In this document: one piece after another, positions 59,744-64,000 of the stretch
Layout: each line of letters starts with the position of its first letter
Numbering within the stretch: the stretch's first letter is position 1
From: an uncultured virus (IMG/VR IMGVR_UViG_3300021093_000053)
Lineage: Duplodnaviria > Heunggongvirae > Uroviricota > Caudoviricetes
Virus record (IMG/VR): IMGVR_UViG_3300021093_000053
Reading direction: 5' to 3' (one strand)
DNA length: 64,000 nt
Program-made: the position numbers and the translations under genes
The notes under the pieces: model-generated
Seen by the model: only the letters and a program-made list of their open reading frames with translations
Told to the model about the DNA's origin: nothing
The model's database searches: none

Positions 59744-62700
59744 ATGATTCAATCAATAGAAATAACTGGTGCGTCAGGTACAGGTCCTTACGACATTGAG
59801 GTATGTGATATCACATTATCATTGTGTGTACCAATTGCGTCATCAGTTCCTATACCACCAACCTATCAATTTACATTACCTAACGTTTTAAGTGGTGCAA
59901 CTGAAGTTGTTGTAAGATTAATTGATTCTGAGGGATGTCCTTGTTTACAGGTATGCCCATGTATTTTACCTAGCCAAACGCCAACATTAACCCCTACAAT
60001 AACACCAACAATGACAGTTAATTGTAATTGTCTTGAGTTTAATAATGAGGATGTTATTGAACATACAATTTCTTTTATTGATTGTAGTGGTAATAATATA
60101 GACACTGTTATTTCACCTGAAACGGTATTAACTTTTTGTGGTAAAAGTCCTTCAGTTAGTAGCCCTTCAGTTATTGTTACAATAGGGGATTTTTGTGTTG
60201 GAGGAGTGTGTCCTCCCCCACCACCGACATTAACTCCTACACAAACACCGACTAACACCTCAACACCAACAATTACACCAACAAAAACATTGGTACCTTT
60301 AGTGGGATATTTCCAATATTGTTGTGACCCGTCAAATATTGTTATTATCTCAACAATTCCTCTTAGTTATTATCCATTGAGTGGAGTTTATTATGTTGAA
60401 AGTGCAGGTTTTAATGGTTGTGTTACTTCAATACCTCCAACATTTTCACCTAATGCGTATGTTTACATCGATGCAATATCGTTTACTTCATGTTCTGATT
60501 GTGAATCAACTTATCCATGTCCTTCACCAACCCCTACTGTAACACCTACCATCACCCCAACGGAAACCGTTACACCCACTGTAACATCGACCCCAACTAC
60601 AACGCCAACAGTTACACCAACGGAAACCGTTACACCCACTGTAACATCGACCCCAACTACAACGCCAACAGTTACACCAACCGAAACTGTCACTCCAACA
60701 GTTACTATAACACCTACTAATACCGTCACTCCAACAGTTACTAAAACATCAACTCCTACTATTACTCCCACTAAAACTTCAACTGTTACCCCAACTGTAA
60801 CTAGAACCCAAACGATTACACCAACTAATACGGTAAGACCAACTAATACTCCTACCAATACTATAACTCCAACAAAAACTCAAACACCAACTATTACACC
60901 AACACACACAATTACTCAGACTAATACGGTAACGCCAACTAACACTGTTACCCCAACTAATACCATTACCCCAACAATTACAAGAACTCCAACTAATACC
61001 ATAACACCAACTAATACACCTACTAATACTGTAACTCCGACTAATACTATAACTCCAACTAATACTGTAACTCCGACTATAACACCTACTAATACCATTA
61101 CCCCAACAATTACAAGAACTCCAACTAATACCATAACACCAACTAATACACCTACTAATACTGTAACTCCGACTAATACTATAACTCCAACTAATACTGT
61201 AACTCCGACTATAACACCTACTAATACTGTAACTCCAACTAATACTATAACTCCAACTAATACTGTAACTCCATCTATCACGCCTACTAAAACTGTAACA
61301 CCTACTAATACTATTACTCCAACTATTTCATTAACACCAACAAGAACTCAAACTCCAACTATAACACCTACTAATACTGTAACTCCAACTAATACTGTAA
61401 CTCCATCTAATACTGTAACTCCGACTATAACACCTACTAATACTATTACTCCAACTATTTCATTAACACCAACAAGAACTCAAACTCCGACTATAACACC
61501 TACTAATACTATTACTCCAACTAATACTATAACTCCAACTAATACTGTAACTCCGACTATAACACCTACTAATACTATTACTCCAACTAATACTGTAACA
61601 CCTACTAATACTGTAACTCCAACTAATACTGTAACTCCAACTAATACACCTACTAATACTGTAACTCCGACTATAACACAAACACCAACTAATACTGTCA
61701 CCCCTACAGTTACTCCAACTATTTCATTAACACCAACAAGAACTCAAACTCCAACTATAACACCTACTAACACTGTAACTCCAACTAATACTGTAACTCC
61801 GACTATAACACCTACTAATACTGTAACTCCAACTAATACTGTAACTCCGACTATAACACCTACTAATACTGTAACTCCGACTAATACTGTAACTCCAACT
61901 AATACTGTAACTCCGACTATAACACCTACTAATACTATTACTCCAACTAATACTGTAACTCCAACTATAACACCTACTAATACTATTACTCCAACTAATA
62001 CTGTAACTCCATCTATCACGCCTACTAAAACTGTAACACCTACTAACACTGTAACTCCAACTAATACTGTAACTCCAACTAATACTATAACTCCAACTAA
62101 TACTCAAACTCCATCTATCACACCTACTAAAACTGTAACTCCAACTAATACCATAACACCAACTAATACTGTAACTCCGACTAATACTCAAACTCCATCT
62201 ATCACGCCTACTAAAACTGTAACTCCAACTATAACACAAACACCAAGTAATACTGTAACTCCGACTATAACACCTACTAATACCATAACACCAACAAGAA
62301 CTCAAACTCCAACTATAACACCTACTAATACTATTACTCCAACTATTTCATTAACACCAACAAGAACTCAAACTCCAACTATAACACAAACACCAACTAA
62401 TACACCTACTAATACTGTAACTCCGACTAATACTGTAACTCCGACTAATACTATAACTCCATCTATCACGCCTACTAAAACTGTAACACCTACTAATACT
62501 ATTACTCCAACTAATACACCTACTAATACTGTAACTCCAACTAATACTGTAACTCCATCTATCACGCCTACTAAAACTGTAACACCTACTAATACTATTA
62601 CTCCAACTAATACACCTACTAATACTGTAACTCCAACTAATACTGTAACTCCATCTATCACGCCTACTAAAACTGTAACACCTACTAATACTATTACTCC

Positions 62701-64000
62701 AACTAATACTGTAACTCCAACTAATACACCTACTAATACTGTAACTCCAACTAATACTGTAACTCCATCTATCACGCCTACTAAAACTGTAACACCTACT
62801 AATACTATTACTCCAACTAATACTGTAACTCCGACTATAACACCTACTAATACCATAACACCAACTAATACTCAAACTCCATCTATCACGCCTACTAAAA
62901 CTGTAACACCTACTAATACTATTACTCCAACTAATACTGTAACTCCGACTATAACACCTACTAATACCATAACACCAACTAATACTCAAACTCCATCTAT
63001 CACGCCTACTAAAACTGTAACACCTACTAATACTATTACTCCAACTAATACTGTAACTCCGACTATAACACCTACTAATACTGTAACTCCAACTAATACT
63101 GTAACTCCAACTATAACACCTACTAATACTGTAACTCCAACTAATACTATAACTCCAACTAATACTCAAACTCCATCTATCACACCTACTAAAACTGTAA
63201 CTCCAACTATTTCATTAACACCAACAAGAACTCAAACTCCGACTATAACACCTACTAATACTATTACTCCAACTAATACTATTACTCCAACTAATACCAT
63301 AACACCAACTATAACACAAACACCAACTAATACAGTTACTCCAACTATTTCATTAACACCAACAAGAACTCAAACTCCAACTATAACACCTACTAATACT
63401 ATTACTCCAACTATTTCATTAACGCCAACAAGAACAGTTACACCATCTATAACTCCAACTAATACTATAACGCCAACAAGAACAGTTACACCATCTATAA
63501 CGCCAACAAGAACAGTTACACCATCTATTACACCTACAGTTACACCAACAACACCATATAGGTTTTATTTAATGAGTGATTGTTGTACAAATACTAAAAC
63601 TAATGTAATGAGTTTACCGACCGCATTTGCATCTGTAGGAAATACTTTTGTTTCTACAGGAGGAGTTTGTTATTCGGTATCGGCAATCGTTGAGGGACCT
63701 GCAAATGTTACTTGGAATGGGGGTACTATATATAGTGGGGGTACTCCATCTGAAAATTGTACTAGATGTACCGCGGCCAATATTTGCCCTTCACCTACCC
63801 CAACGACTACAAAAACACCGACACCTACCCCAACAATTACAAGAACACCAACAGTAACACCAACAAGAACTCAAACTCCAACTATTTCATTAACACCAAC
63901 AAGAACTCAAACTCCGACTATAACACCTACTAATACTATAACTCCAACTAATACTGTAACTCCAAGTAATACTGTAACTCCGACTATAACACCTACTAAT
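59744..64000 (+). CDS. Giant Thr/Pro-rich mucin-like protein with Cys-rich domains (3' partial), not in the ORF track
   Basis: ATG59744 MIQSIEITGASGTGPYDIEVC...; the same frame still reads TPYRFYLMSDCC near 63550 and appears open to the window end (>1400 aa). Confidence 0.85.
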   Translation, partial: MIQSIEITGASGTGPYDIEVCDITLSLCVPIASSVPIPPTYQFTLPNVLSGATEVVVRLIDSEGCPCLQVCPCILPSQTPTLTPTITPTMTVNCNCLEFNNEDVIEHTISFIDCSGNNIDTVISPETVLTFCGKSPSVSSPSVIVTIGDFCVGGVCPPPPPTLTPTQTPTNTSTPTITPTKTLVPLVGYFQYCCDPSNIVIISTIPLSYYPLSGVYYVESAGFNGCVTSIPPTFSPNAYVYIDAISFTSCSDCESTYPCPSPTPTVTPTITPTETVTPTVTSTPTTTPTVTPTETVTPTVTSTPTTTPTVTPTETVTPTVTITPTNTVTPTVTKTSTPTITPTKTSTVTPTVTRTQTITPTNTVRPTNTPTNTITPTKTQTPTITPTHTITQTNTVTPTNTVTPTNTITPTITRTPTNTITPTNTPTNTVTPTNTITPTNTVTPTITPTNTITPTITRTPTNTITPTNTPTNTVTPTNTITPTNTVTPTITPTNTVTPTNTITPTNTVTPSITPTKTVTPTNTITPTISLTPTRTQTPTITPTNTVTPTNTVTPSNTVTPTITPTNTITPTISLTPTRTQTPTITPTNTITPTNTITPTNTVTPTITPTNTITPTNTVTPTNTVTPTNTVTPTNTPTNTVTPTITQTPTNTVTPTVTPTISLTPTRTQTPTITPTNTVTPTNTVTPTITPTNTVTPTNTVTPTITPTNTVTPTNTVTPTNTVTPTITPTNTITPTNTVTPTITPTNTITPTNTVTPSITPTKTVTPTNTVTPTNTVTPTNTITPTNTQTPSITPTKTVTPTNTITPTNTVTPTNTQTPSITPTKTVTPTITQTPSNTVTPTITPTNTITPTRTQTPTITPTNTITPTISLTPTRTQTPTITQTPTNTPTNTVTPTNTVTPTNTITPSITPTKTVTPTNTITPTNTPTNTVTPTNTVTPSITPTKTVTPTNTITPTNTPTNTVTPTNTVTPSITPTKTVTPTNTITPTNTVTPTNTPTNTVTPTNTVTPSITPTKTVTPTNTITPTNTVTPTITPTNTITPTNTQTPSITPTKTVTPTNTITPTNTVTPTITPTNTITPTNTQTPSITPTKTVTPTNTITPTNTVTPTITPTNTVTPTNTVTPTITPTNTVTPTNTITPTNTQTPSITPTKTVTPTISLTPTRTQTPTITPTNTITPTNTITPTNTITPTITQTPTNTVTPTISLTPTRTQTPTITPTNTITPTISLTPTRTVTPSITPTNTITPTRTVTPSITPTRTVTPSITPTVTPTTPYRFYLMSDCCTNTKTNVMSLPTAFASVGNTFVSTGGVCYSVSAIVEGPANVTWNGGTIYSGGTPSENCTRCTAANICPSPTPTTTKTPTPTPTITRTPTVTPTRTQTPTISLTPTRTQTPTITPTNTITPTNTVTPSNTVTPTITPTN
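60525..63555 (+). repeat. Coding tandem-repeat array built from 12- and 18-nt units (TITP, TNTVTP) with higher-order duplications
   Basis: ACTAATACTGTAACTCCA and ACTATAACACCT recur many times; 60-nt period at about 60555-60680; 132-nt duplication at 60956/61088. Confidence 0.95.

Noticed and set aside
60525..63555. Possible CRISPR array or DGR repeat
   Set aside because: Units are contiguous multiples of 3 with no unique spacers and encode a Thr-Pro tract; no cas or reverse transcriptase gene in the window
59866..63857. Many minus-strand ORFs (VGVTVL..., SYSISW...) and short plus-strand ORFs in the repeat region
   Set aside because: They are antisense or off-frame shadows of the single Thr-Pro-rich ORF starting at 59744
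1..64000. Alternative genetic code (stop-codon recoding), known in some Bacteroidota phages
   Set aside because: Core genes are full-length and densely packed under the standard bacterial code

Overview
This window is an AT-rich segment of a large T4-like (jumbo) phage genome, almost certainly infecting Bacteroidota. Host evidence: TTTG-N18-20-TAnnTTTG promoters, a T9SS type-B cargo gene, a Bacteroidota-type bS21 and tmRNA, and no obvious Shine-Dalgarno sites. The left part (1-15.4 kb) is an RNA and proteostasis region. It holds two tandem RNA ligases, a holin-like GAF protein, an M15 peptidase, a hidden small lipoprotein, three tandem host-type promoters (two with hairpin+boxA-like leaders) upstream of an ~820-nt structured ncRNA (probably GOLLD), a GIY-YIG endonuclease running into a 5'-truncated tRNA-Met, a second ~400-nt structured non-coding segment, a T9SS cargo protein, a tmRNA with a long 21-aa tag, an M20/M28 peptidase and a ClpC lacking its N-domain. 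The middle (15.4-38 kb) has a nucleotidyltransferase-M23-PGBD-GH19 fusion, the head module (terminase, portal, inverted bS21, prohead protease, scaffold, major capsid protein) and many small proteins sharing leaders that end in (I/L)xE. The right part (38-64 kb) is a minus-strand block with baseplate-like genes, a gp55-like sigma factor, five glycosyltransferase genes, PhoH, dUTPase, an exonuclease and a WYL protein. It is followed by Cys-rich virion-type proteins, one with a papain-like domain and one with a ~3-kb Thr-Pro mucin-like tract that is open at the window end. All family calls come from motif recognition by eye; no database searches were run.
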